DNA of 35,366 bases, from the NCBI GenBank assembly GCA_050261115.1, contig JBLNCY010000032.1, positions 1 through 35,366 on the forward strand, read 5' to 3'. Origin of the DNA: Methanocella sp. (GTDB lineage: Archaea > Thermoproteota > Bathyarchaeia > Bathyarchaeales > Bathycorpusculaceae). Each line of letters begins with the position of its first letter. The first letter of the stretch is position 1. A program made the position numbers and the translations under genes. The notes beneath the pieces were generated by a model that worked only from the letters and a program-made list of their open reading frames with translations, was not told where the DNA came from and searched no databases. Shown here in pieces: positions 27,287 through 35,366 of this stretch.

Positions 27287-27364
27287 GGGTCCGTAGCTCA
27301 GTCAGGCTAGAGCACCGGACTTTTAATCCGGGGGTCGCGGGTTCAATTCCCGTCGGACCCGCCA
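27287..27364 (+). tRNA. tRNA-Lys(TTT), CCA encoded, no intron
   Basis: GGGTCCG/CGGACCC-G-CCA acceptor, CCGGA-CTTTTAA-TCCGG anticodon arm, GGTTCAATTCC. Confidence 0.97.
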
Positions 27365-27593
27365 ACATTTACACGAAAGAGTACTGGCTTTTTTTCTTTT
27401 TTAGCTTCTTTTCTTCCTCAGCGTACGCTCTATACTTCTTCTACGCATAGCTCGACAGTTCACTATTGTATGGACTGCGTTTTTTGGTGCGGGCGCTGCT
27501 CTGAACCGTCAATGCGAGGCAGAAGATCAGTAGGCCGTGTGGCTTCCTCTAACGCTTGCGACAACTTTAGGGAATCCAGGAGGCGCTAAGTTT

Positions 27594-28544
27594 TTGTCAG
27601 AGCAACCAAATAGAAGTCAAAATTTTGGCGTTTCAAAGTCCAAAGTCAAATTTGACTTCTCTACTGTACGCTCCCGTGTCCTACCCATCCTCAAGGGCAT
27701 AGAGGTCAAAATGTACCCAGCTAAGATAGGTCGTGCCCATGGATGGAGCAAACAACACGTCGATTACTACGTAAAAAAGATAGAAAAGGCAGGCTTAATC
27801 CGTCGCCTGAAGCGCAGCAACTTTGTTGATTATCAGTTGACCGAGAAGGGTCAAAACTTTCTCATATCATGTGAGGGTGTCCTCTTTAGTAGTGGCGTCT
27901 TTCGGCTTCATCGGTGTTTCTTCAAGTTTCCAGTGTTGCGAGAGGGCGTCTATCCACTGGCGGATTTTAGGCGGATTGAGATGCAGAACTGGACTGCACT
28001 TTTGGGCTTGGAGCAAGGCGTCAAAGTGAGGCATACGACGACGTCGTGGATTGTACACGTGGAGACGCTGTATGGTCGTAGCCCGGGAGAGCTTGTGACT
28101 TTGGCTAAGAACTTGGCTGACCGAGTCGCTAAGGGCTTATCCAGTAAGTATGGTTGCGTTTTAGGCGAAGGGCAGATTAACAAGCGTCATGAGCTGGGCA
28201 TCGATGACCCAGTCGCCAACTTGCTGAACCGCTATTTCACTGTGAGTTCGCCAAAGCGGGTTATCGATGATAGCCCAGGAGAAGACGAAGGCGAGCTTGA
28301 CCATCTTGGCCGTGACGCTGCGGTCGAGTATTTGCTGATGCCTGAGCGCGTCAAAAAGCTGGAGGGACAAATGGGCAACGTCCTGTATGATTTGGAGAAA
28401 ATCGCAGGCAGCCTAACCAAGCTAGACAAGATGGGCTATGACTTAGCCAAAGTTGCTGAGGTACTATGCAAGCTGGCTGATCCCGAAGGCAGTCAAGGCG
28501 TGGCTAAGGCTTCTGCTGATGGAGGTAATGGCTATGTCTCTTAG
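27594..28544 (+). CDS. N-terminal wHTH protein with uncharacterised central domain and C-terminal coiled coil
   Basis: YPAKIGRAHGWSKQHVDYYVKKIEKAGLI...YQLTEKG wHTH. GGAGG at 27579-27583 supports a TTG start at 27594. Confidence 0.8.
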   Translation: MSEQPNRSQNFGVSKSKVKFDFSTVRSRVLPILKGIEVKMYPAKIGRAHGWSKQHVDYYVKKIEKAGLIRRLKRSNFVDYQLTEKGQNFLISCEGVLFSSGVFRLHRCFFKFPVLREGVYPLADFRRIEMQNWTALLGLEQGVKVRHTTTSWIVHVETLYGRSPGELVTLAKNLADRVAKGLSSKYGCVLGEGQINKRHELGIDDPVANLLNRYFTVSSPKRVIDDSPGEDEGELDHLGRDAAVEYLLMPERVKKLEGQMGNVLYDLEKIAGSLTKLDKMGYDLAKVAEVLCKLADPEGSQGVAKASADGGNGYVS

Positions 28545-28725
28545 GCTGACTGGGGCGTTTTTGGATGTTAAAACCTGTTCAAAAGCCGTTTTAGCACTAT
28601 GCCGAGGGTATGGGAAAAGTCCATGCTTTTTGGAAGTTGCTTTTCTACGGTTGCTTGGTGTAGATTGCCGAGTGCTAAAAGTCGCGTGCGTTGATGGAGC
28701 GAAAACTTTGGAGTGTGCATTTTGA
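28534..28725 (+). CDS. Small Cys-rich hypothetical protein (63 aa)
   Basis: GGAGGT at 28521-28526 before ATG 28534. Overlaps the upstream stop, and its own TGA ends 1 nt before the next ATG (28727). Confidence 0.5.
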   Translation: MSLRLTGAFLDVKTCSKAVLALCRGYGKSPCFLEVAFLRLLGVDCRVLKVACVDGAKTLECAF

Positions 28726-28726
28726 C

Positions 28727-29251
28727 ATGGAAGAAAGAGATGAACCTGTTCAAAACACGGCTGTTTCAGCCCAAAAAGCGTCAAAAACTAAGCGTAGCCA
28801 AGCCGACAAGGTTGGAAAACTCAAGTACCTACTCGCCAAGGACAAGAAACTCGACCGCGACGTCGCTGAGATAAAGCTGCTTCTCCGTGTTATCTTTGCT
28901 GGCTTAATGGATTCTTTGCACTTTGAGAAGTCACTTATCGAAGAGGCAGCCTGTGAAGACGAGATTGACAAAGCCATTCTTCAGGTGCTGTTTGAAGCAG
29001 GCGCTCCCGGGATGCTGCCTAAAGACATAGCCGCCAAACTGGCTGAATTCAAGATTGCCCGCCATCAGGTTACTCGACGGATTGTACGTATGAATAAACG
29101 GCTGGCTAAGGAATTGGATTCAGTGGTTGTTGAGCGGCGAGGTTGGTGCTGGGCTATGACAAGCTTCGGCGTAGACGCCTACAAAGCATCAGAGAAAGAC
29201 TTGCTAGACCAAGGCGTCGCTCTACATAGCGCTTCTGAAGAGGAGGCCTAA
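28727..29251 (+). CDS. Hypothetical protein with C-terminal winged-helix-like domain
   Basis: DEIDKAILQVL...GMLPKDIAAKL...RHQVTRRI...RGWCWAMT. GGAG upstream of ATG 28727. Confidence 0.75.
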   Translation: MEERDEPVQNTAVSAQKASKTKRSQADKVGKLKYLLAKDKKLDRDVAEIKLLLRVIFAGLMDSLHFEKSLIEEAACEDEIDKAILQVLFEAGAPGMLPKDIAAKLAEFKIARHQVTRRIVRMNKRLAKELDSVVVERRGWCWAMTSFGVDAYKASEKDLLDQGVALHSASEEEA

Positions 29252-29260
29252 CATCTGGCG

Positions 29261-29449
29261 TTGACCGAGCGTGAGCGGAAGATTCTGCAGTTGCACTCTG
29301 GGGGCCTGAGTGATTATCGAATTGCTCGCAAGCTAAATATGGAAACGCCAAACGTAACACGATCAAGAAAGAACGCTCTAAAGAAAATAGAGCGAGCGAG
29401 AGCTGATTTAGAGTTTGTCAGCAAACTCAAATCTCGATCAGACCGATAA
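29261..29449 (+). CDS. Small LuxR/sigma-70 region 4-like HTH protein
   Basis: LTERERKILQL-x2-GGLSDYRIARKL-x5-NV-x6-ALKKI. Confidence 0.82.
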   Translation: MTERERKILQLHSGGLSDYRIARKLNMETPNVTRSRKNALKKIERARADLEFVSKLKSRSDR

Positions 29450-29460
29450 TATGCGGTCTA

Positions 29461-30225
29461 TTATTTTGTTGCCTCAATTTTAATGCTCTCAAGGGCTAAG
29501 CCATTATACTGGGTCTGGCTGATTTCTTTGTCTTCGCCAACTATTTTTACCTCAAAGCCTGCCTGCTTTATCTTCTCTATGTAATCGTCTTTTTGAAGTG
29601 CTCCTGCAACGCAGCCTGAAAGCAAATCCTCATCATTTAACTGTTCCTCGGTGAGTTCCCCAAGCAAGACAATATCGGATACACACATTTTGCCGCCGTT
29701 CTTAAGCACTCGGTATGCCTCTTGGAATACTTTGGATTTATCTGGTGCTAGGTTAATCACGCAGTTGCTGATTATGACATCTACTGAGCTATCTTCAATA
29801 GGCATTTTCTCAATATCGCCCAATTTGAACTCTACATTTGAATAGCCGTGTTCTTTAGCAAGAATTCTTGCTTTATCAACCATTGCCTCAGTCATGTCAA
29901 GGCCTATAACTTTGCCTGTTTTGCCGACCTTTCTTGACGCCAAGAAACAATCAAATCCGGCTCCGCTTCCTAGGTCAAGAACTGCGTCGCCATCTTTGAT
30001 ATTGCTAAAAGCGGTGGGATTGCCGCAGCCTAAACCAAGGTTCGCTTCCGGAGCAGCGGTAAGTTCTTCCTCAGAGTAGCCTATGCTTTTAGAGACTTTT
30101 TTAATTGTTTGTTCGTCTAATGTTCCGCAGCCACATTGACAACAACAAGAATTGCTGTTTGTCGCTATTTTGGAATACGCTTTTTTCACTGTTTTCTTTA
30201 CTTTTTCTCCATTTTTGTTACTCAT
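29461..30225 (-). CDS. arsM: Arsenite S-adenosylmethionine methyltransferase
   Basis: N-terminal [39 protein letters not shown]. Confidence 0.95.
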   Translation of the reverse strand: MSNKNGEKVKKTVKKAYSKIATNSNSCCCQCGCGTLDEQTIKKVSKSIGYSEEELTAAPEANLGLGCGNPTAFSNIKDGDAVLDLGSGAGFDCFLASRKVGKTGKVIGLDMTEAMVDKARILAKEHGYSNVEFKLGDIEKMPIEDSSVDVIISNCVINLAPDKSKVFQEAYRVLKNGGKMCVSDIVLLGELTEEQLNDEDLLSGCVAGALQKDDYIEKIKQAGFEVKIVGEDKEISQTQYNGLALESIKIEATK

Positions 30226-30236
30226 TTATATCACCT

Positions 30237-30830
30237 TTATTTGACCGCCGTCTTAGGCAGCTTTTTTCTTGGAAAATGTTTTCTTGTACGTAAACCCAAC
30301 TTTACTAGTGTAAGCATAAGGGGCACCTCAAGAAGGGGACCAATCACTGTTGCTAAGGCGGCACCTGAACCGATGCCATAAAGTGTGACGGCTACTGCGA
30401 TGGCTACTTCAAAGTGGCTACTGCTACCAATTATTGTGGTGTCTATGGCGCTTTCATATTTCCAGCCTAAAAAGTAGCCGAGTGGATATGTCCAAGCAAT
30501 CATTATAGCATAATGTATCAGGTTGGGCAATGCAAGATAACCCACAAGCAAGGGGTCGTTGAGGATTGTTTGTCCTTCAAACGAGAATAGTACAATCAAG
30601 GTTAACAGCAAGGCAACTATGGATATTTTGCCTACTGCAGGGTTGAATTTGTCTTTGAAGTATTCTTCGCCCTTCTTTTTTATTATTAGTTGACGTGAGA
30701 TCGCACCTGCCGTAACAGGAAGAGCAATGAAGACTAAGACGCTGATCGCTATTAGGTCCCATGGAACGGGTATGCCGCTTACGCCCAAATAGAATGCCGC
30801 CAAAGGCGGCATAGAGACCCAGCATAAGTA
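30237..30830 (-). pseudogene. acr3: Acr3 arsenite efflux pump, C-terminal half only, with a frameshift near 30808
   Basis: VPW...LLLTLIVLF...SSSHFEVAIAVAV...ALATVIGPLLEVP. The N-terminal half is absent, and LMLGLYA continues into PLAAFYLG only after removing one base. Confidence 0.85.
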
Positions 30831-31279
30831 GGGTTACTTTTGCCTGCTGACTGCCCGTATTTTGGAGGGCGCATTCATAATAATCCCCATTCGCGGGAAG
30901 ATTGAACCTGTATGTGCCATCGACGGTTATGCTGAGCACATCGTGGGTTGGTGAATCCCGTGAAAAAACAGTGCTGTTTACCTTTATTCCATTAACAACA
31001 CGCGTTATCACCGTCGGCTCTCTATTGATGACTCTAAACTCCACGTTCTTGCCTTCAACAATTATTTGCCCTTCAAAGCAGCGATTATAGTAAGGATGAG
31101 AAAAAAGTCCGCCGCCTGATGTCGATACCCCGACGCTTTTATGGTTAGACTCCAAGAAGACACAAGAGTCACTATAAATTTCGTATATCTGCTGCGCAGC
31201 CATAATCGATACCAACAGCGCAATTAAGCCTATCAGCACCAAAGTTGACCCAGTAACAATCTTTGCTTTACTTATCCAT
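30831..31279 (-). pseudogene. Membrane-anchored beta-rich hypothetical protein, truncated by/fused to the acr3 fragment
   Basis: N-terminal TM, then a beta-rich domain ending GDYYECALQN. It runs directly into Acr3-like sequence, and the ATG at 31279 is out of frame by one base. Confidence 0.5.
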
Positions 31280-31367
31280 CTATGCCTGTTAGAGGCAAGT
31301 TTTAGGTGGCTCGGAATATAGGGGTCTCGTGGAAGCCAGCCTTGAGTTGTAATATGCATGTGGAGTT

Positions 31368-31940
31368 TTATGGATTCCCAGTTCTAATTTGTTTTGCTAG
31401 CTTTTTTCTTTTGCGTAAAAATAAAGACGTAATTAACCCCAAACACAAGAGCACCACTCCACTTACCGTTAAAATTAGGCTAACAAGAAACTTGTCAGCC
31501 TCCCTATAAACGATACTAGCATCCTTTGGAAACTCTACAGCAACTGGAATAGAATACTCTTCATCGCCCATATTAGTTACAGAAACTACATATTCGCCAC
31601 GCTCGGCAAAATCAACCTTAAAACTGCATGGCGTAACAGTTTCCGTATCAACCAAAACAACACCTGACGGACTAACAACCACCACATGCATAGGTACCGC
31701 AACATCAACAAACATCGGACCAGAAGACCCAGGAATCACCTTCAAAACTTCCCCGTCAAAAACAATGTTTCCTAAACCAACTGGAGCCATAAACAAACCA
31801 TAAGCAAAAGTCCCACCAGACTCAACAGGAGCAAGCTGTGTTTTTGAAAATTGAATAACTGGTGCAGTCCAAACAGTAAATAACAAAATTGCCCCGATAA
31901 TCACCAATATTAAGCCAAGTCTTGTAGCGTTTATTCGCAT
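31368..31940 (-). CDS. Hypothetical two-TM protein with extracellular beta (GOLD/PPC-like) domain
   Basis: N- and C-terminal TMs, VVVSPSG...GEYVVSVTN, basic tail, GGAGGT RBS. Confidence 0.75.
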   Translation of the reverse strand: MRINATRLGLILVIIGAILLFTVWTAPVIQFSKTQLAPVESGGTFAYGLFMAPVGLGNIVFDGEVLKVIPGSSGPMFVDVAVPMHVVVVSPSGVVLVDTETVTPCSFKVDFAERGEYVVSVTNMGDEEYSIPVAVEFPKDASIVYREADKFLVSLILTVSGVVLLCLGLITSLFLRKRKKLAKQIRTGNP

Positions 31941-32761
31941 ATTTCAAACCTCCGCCAGAAATAAACAAACAATGGAACCATCAAAATACTCACATAAACA
32001 ATCAGCAAAGCACCAAAATCTACTGCAGAAAGAGAAATCTCTAATGCATCTGCAAACTCTGAAGATATCTTGGGAACTATACCGAGTGACTTATCCAAAA
32101 AAACCAAAGCCCCATTATAAGGAGTTAAACACAAATAATTAGCATAAAAAGCACCCTCCTTAAACGCCACTTCAGTAATTATGGTTGTTGGGAACCATAA
32201 GGCAAAGTTTACTAGAAATGCTGTCAGCACTGCTGGAATTGTACGTTTTACCACTAAAGCAACTAAAGCGCCTATGCTTCCGCAAAACATCAAAAATAAG
32301 AAGGCAACAGGTAGAGCAAACAAGGAAAGCTGTAAAACGAGCCAAGGACTTGAATAAAAAGTAAGACCCACAAAAAATGTGGTAAAAATCCAAGTAAGCA
32401 AAGCTAAAGGCAACACTACCGCAAAAAACTTGACAGTAAAAAGCATTTTTCGAGATACAGGTGCAGATAAAATTGATTGCATTAACCCCGACTCATAGTC
32501 CTTAGCAAACGATAAAGACATTAAAACTGCACACATAACGACTAAAGGCAGCATCAAGGAAGATACAACAGAACTCACGTTTTCAGCCATTATAGATTGA
32601 ATAAGAACTGAAAAATTTGAATGACTAACAATCTTAGTAATAGGCTGTACTAAAAATGTGGCCATTACCGCCATTAGAGCAACGGTAATTTCTAATATGG
32701 GCCTGGCCCAAACTTTACCAATCTCAGCCTTTAGCAACGCCAAACCCACACGACCAGACAA
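31931..32761 (-). CDS. ABC-2 type exporter permease
   Basis: FAKDYESGLMQSILSAPVSR...KF motif and 6 TMs. GAGGAGG upstream favours TTG 32761. Confidence 0.9.
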   Translation of the reverse strand: MSGRVGLALLKAEIGKVWARPILEITVALMAVMATFLVQPITKIVSHSNFSVLIQSIMAENVSSVVSSLMLPLVVMCAVLMSLSFAKDYESGLMQSILSAPVSRKMLFTVKFFAVVLPLALLTWIFTTFFVGLTFYSSPWLVLQLSLFALPVAFLFLMFCGSIGALVALVVKRTIPAVLTAFLVNFALWFPTTIITEVAFKEGAFYANYLCLTPYNGALVFLDKSLGIVPKISSEFADALEISLSAVDFGALLIVYVSILMVPLFVYFWRRFEICE

Positions 32762-32765
32762 CCTG

Positions 32766-33695
32766 TTAAGCCTCCTCAACAGCCAATTTAAAAACGGCTT
32801 CTAAATCGGACTTTACCATTTTAACTTCATCCAAAGATGCACCGGCTTGGCCTATGAGCAAAGGCAAACGCTGCTTAAACAATCCAACATCGCTCACTGT
32901 AACCTGCAGAGAATCATCAACTGTCGATAAATCCTCAACATACGGCTCATCTTTCAAAAGAGCCACCACCGACCCAATTGGTTGTACTTTGACAATGAAT
33001 TTTGTTGTAGCAGTTTTATCAGTCATTTGCTCTAAACCCCCTTGACGCAACAGTTTACCCTTGTTCATTAAAATGAAGTTATCACATACTCTTTCAAGCT
33101 CAGATAATATGTGGCTTGAAATCAAAAACGAAGTGTTCTTTTCTTCATTCAAAAAAGCTATTAATTCAAGGATTTTGGCTCGATTTAGCGGGTCTAAATT
33201 TGAAGTGGGTTCATCAAGAAACACAAGCTCAGGATTACCCAAAAGCGCCTGTGCTAAGCCAAGTCTTTGACGCATACCCGCCGAATATCCGCCGATACGT
33301 CGGTCATGAGCCGCCTCGTCAAGCTCAACAAGCTTCAAAAGCTCCTTTAGTTCAACTAAAGACTCAGACGCCCCCTTTAGTTTAGCCATTAGCTTTAACT
33401 GTTCAAGACCTGACAGGTGGTCGTAAAAGGCAAGTTTTTCGTATAAAACTCCTACTTTGCGGCGAATAGCATAAGAGTTGTTCCAGCAATCAAATCCAAA
33501 TAGTTCTGCTTTGCCTGCATTAGGTTTGATTAGTCCTAAGCTTAGCCTGATGGCTGTTGTTTTGCCTGCGCCATTTGGGCCGATTAACCCATTGATGCCG
33601 CGGTGTATTTCTAAACTAAGGCCGTCAAGCGCAGTTGTAGCGCCAAACCGTTTTGTTACAGATTTAAATTCGCCAATAACTTCAGTAGAACTCAT
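32766..33695 (-). CDS. ABC transporter ATP-binding protein (DrrA/BcrA-like)
   Basis: GPNGAGKTT, YSAGMRQ, LVFLDEP, SSHIL. Start MSSTEV at 33695. Confidence 0.95.
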   Translation of the reverse strand: MSSTEVIGEFKSVTKRFGATTALDGLSLEIHRGINGLIGPNGAGKTTAIRLSLGLIKPNAGKAELFGFDCWNNSYAIRRKVGVLYEKLAFYDHLSGLEQLKLMAKLKGASESLVELKELLKLVELDEAAHDRRIGGYSAGMRQRLGLAQALLGNPELVFLDEPTSNLDPLNRAKILELIAFLNEEKNTSFLISSHILSELERVCDNFILMNKGKLLRQGGLEQMTDKTATTKFIVKVQPIGSVVALLKDEPYVEDLSTVDDSLQVTVSDVGLFKQRLPLLIGQAGASLDEVKMVKSDLEAVFKLAVEEA

Positions 33696-34701
33696 AGTGT
33701 GCACCCTCTTTTTTTGATACATGAGCGATGTGAATTTTTAGAAATTCGGAGTTGGTTTTTGGTCTGCCGCTCTTTTTCTTCTTTGAAGATGATTTATAGG
33801 TTAAAAATGCAACCGAAATAAACACTGCAACAAATACAGGTATTAAAATTAACCAGGGAAGCGAAGGATTTGAAGGAGACGAAGGTGGTGTTGTGCGTAA
33901 TTGCCCACCGTTTGATGATGGGTTAGGCGAAGGATTTGATGGCTTTGATACGATGGATGGGTTCAATGGATCCGTAAAATCCCATAAGGTGAAGTTCAGG
34001 TTTTCTGAATAATCCGACAAAAGAAAGACTCCGTTGTAGAGAAGAGCCACATCCACCTTGTTAAAAAGTACCTCATCCATAATGTACTCAGGAGGGCTAA
34101 CAAGTATACCAGTTGTTGTATCATAAAACAAAAGAGGTGTCCACATTGATTTTGATCCGTCGGGTTGTTGATAGACCCCTTCAACTCTTTTTGAAGACAC
34201 AAAGTAATCTTCAATTAAAGTTGCTGTTCGCGCATCAGGCATAACAGTGCCAGAAAATGACCAGTTTTCTGTTTGAAAGATTTGGATAGTGTTGTCATTT
34301 ATTAAATCCTTGGGATTTACGACAAGCATGGTTGGAGTGGAATCTATGTAAACTCGGCCATTTGAAACAGTGGCAGGTAAAGTTACTTCATTATAAAAAT
34401 CATCAAAGATAAGCGTAAACTTGACAGTGTATTCGCCGTTAGGGGATTCTTCCATAGAGAAGGTAAAAAGTACGGTTTTAGCGAGGTAAATTGTTCCATT
34501 CAAAAATTGCACAATATGTGCCTTTTGTGTTGCATCGTTACTGTCGAGTGAGTGATCAAGTTGCAAGTCTCCTTTGAATGTGACGTAAAATTTTGATGGA
34601 AAAGAATTATCCGTTGCGCCTGCTGCAGGAGCGGAAAATAGCAGAGGGAGCAGGCAAAGCAACGCGCAAGACATTGCCAAGACTGGCTTTCGTACAGTCA
34701 T
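33682..34701 (-). CDS. Secreted, C-terminally membrane-anchored surface protein
   Basis: Signal peptide ending APAAGA, beta-rich body with YDTTTGIL, Pro/Ser/Asn linker, TM helix and KSSSKKKK tail. Confidence 0.8.
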   Translation of the reverse strand: MTVRKPVLAMSCALLCLLPLLFSAPAAGATDNSFPSKFYVTFKGDLQLDHSLDSNDATQKAHIVQFLNGTIYLAKTVLFTFSMEESPNGEYTVKFTLIFDDFYNEVTLPATVSNGRVYIDSTPTMLVVNPKDLINDNTIQIFQTENWSFSGTVMPDARTATLIEDYFVSSKRVEGVYQQPDGSKSMWTPLLFYDTTTGILVSPPEYIMDEVLFNKVDVALLYNGVFLLSDYSENLNFTLWDFTDPLNPSIVSKPSNPSPNPSSNGGQLRTTPPSSPSNPSLPWLILIPVFVAVFISVAFLTYKSSSKKKKSGRPKTNSEFLKIHIAHVSKKEGAHYEFY

Positions 34702-35192
34702 TGTTGGTCACCCAGTCCTGCGTCAGGCACCAACTTGGAAAAAATTAAGGTTGCCAACTTTGCTGGATGCAGCTTTTCCGCGTCCTTGATTTCTAAACCT
34801 CTTTCCTTGGCAACGTCAAGCAGGTAAAGCCGCGTCTGGTGCAGAAATTCCTCGTTTGTGACTTCTTCGGCGTTGTTGTGCCAGTACCAGACTTTTATGC
34901 CATAATTGGTGCTGTAAGTGAGAATAGTCTTGCGTTTCAGTACAGGATGATAGCCTAAGAGCATGCCTTGCTGGGGGTAGAGTTTGGTGACTTGGAAGTC
35001 GTTTGCTTGGGCTATATCCATTAGGGTTGTGGAGAGTTTTGCCTCTGCGGCCAGTTTTGTTTGGTTAACGAATTGGCGAGTAGTATGGAGTTTTTCAGCT
35101 ATTGCTATGGTATCTAAGCCTTTTGTTATAAGATGCCAGACGGTTTTTTGTGTTTGGCTAAGGGGTGACGTTACTGTGAATGTTTGTCTCAT
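34698..35192 (-). CDS. HTH transcriptional regulator (archaeal)
   Basis: LSQTQKTVWHL-x2-KGLDTIAIAEKLHTTRQFVNQ. ATGA overlap with the downstream gene, and a TATA-like TTTTAAATA on the minus strand near 35240. Confidence 0.8.
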   Translation of the reverse strand: MRQTFTVTSPLSQTQKTVWHLITKGLDTIAIAEKLHTTRQFVNQTKLAAEAKLSTTLMDIAQANDFQVTKLYPQQGMLLGYHPVLKRKTILTYSTNYGIKVWYWHNNAEEVTNEEFLHQTRLYLLDVAKERGLEIKDAEKLHPAKLATLIFSKLVPDAGLGDQQ

Positions 35193-35366
35193 TATCGGTA
35201 ACCAACCTGATTGCTTGCAAATAGTTATCTATTTACCATTATTTAAAACTCTTGCTTGTGACGCTGCTTTGTAAAAATGTACGTATTTGGATGGCTGAAG
35301 GCTTTTATCGTGCTACATCGCTTTCACTTTAACTCAACCCTCTACGGTCCTGTAGAGTCGTGGTTT

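Larger units (their letters stand above)
27365..35366. mobile_element. Probable integrated element/genomic island at tRNA-Lys 3' end (right boundary outside window)
   Basis: Begins at the tRNA 3' end. Contains an HTH-rich operon of unknown genes, resistance cargo, a truncated gene and a visibly AT-richer distal cassette. No integrase or att copy seen. Confidence 0.55.

Noticed and set aside
30577-30805. C-terminal 76 aa of ORF 30577-31359
   Set aside because: Out-of-frame read-through across the acr3 remnant, not a real domain.
35340-35357. Hairpin CTCTAC/GTAGAG after a TATA-like site at the window end
   Set aside because: A 6-bp stem cut by the window edge, insufficient to call.
27340-35366. 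attR copy of the tRNA-Lys 3' end or an integrase
   Set aside because: Not found by eye within the window, so the element boundary cannot be set.

Overview
Archaeal chromosomal window. Gene content (CdvA-like coiled coil, wHTH-riboflavin kinase, dph5-DUF357-ribL, thiolase/DUF35, TATA-type promoters, CCA-encoding tRNAs) suggests Bathyarchaeia; this is an inference. Positions 1-27364 are mostly core genes: a Zn-dependent dehydrogenase, a HAD hydrolase, a 1904-aa DUF4011-SF1 helicase-Vsr-like-DUF3320 protein (Hhe-type defence architecture), DUF1638, thiolase plus DUF35, flavodoxin, cobalamin genes cbiB/cobD, dph5, ribL, rhomboid, ribK/rbkR, two GT-C-like membrane proteins with a flippase, a CdvA-like protein with a 433-residue acidic low-complexity tract, PadR, and tRNA-Pro(GGG), tRNA-Asp(GTC) and tRNA-Lys(TTT). 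From the 3' end of tRNA-Lys to the window end lies a probable integrated element with no integrase or att duplicate visible. It carries a tight four-gene HTH-rich operon, arsM, a 5'-truncated frameshifted acr3 joined to an unrelated membrane gene, and an AT-richer HTH/surface protein/ABC exporter cassette. The best candidates for something undescribed are (i) a promoter-flanked 74-nt hairpin RNA with a CU-rich loop in an ORF-free 600-bp region (8254-8852), (ii) the tRNA-Lys-linked four-gene module with an unclassified lead protein, and (iii) the CdvA-like protein with a very long Glu/Ala/Pro/Val tail. All family calls come from motif recognition by eye; no database searches were run.
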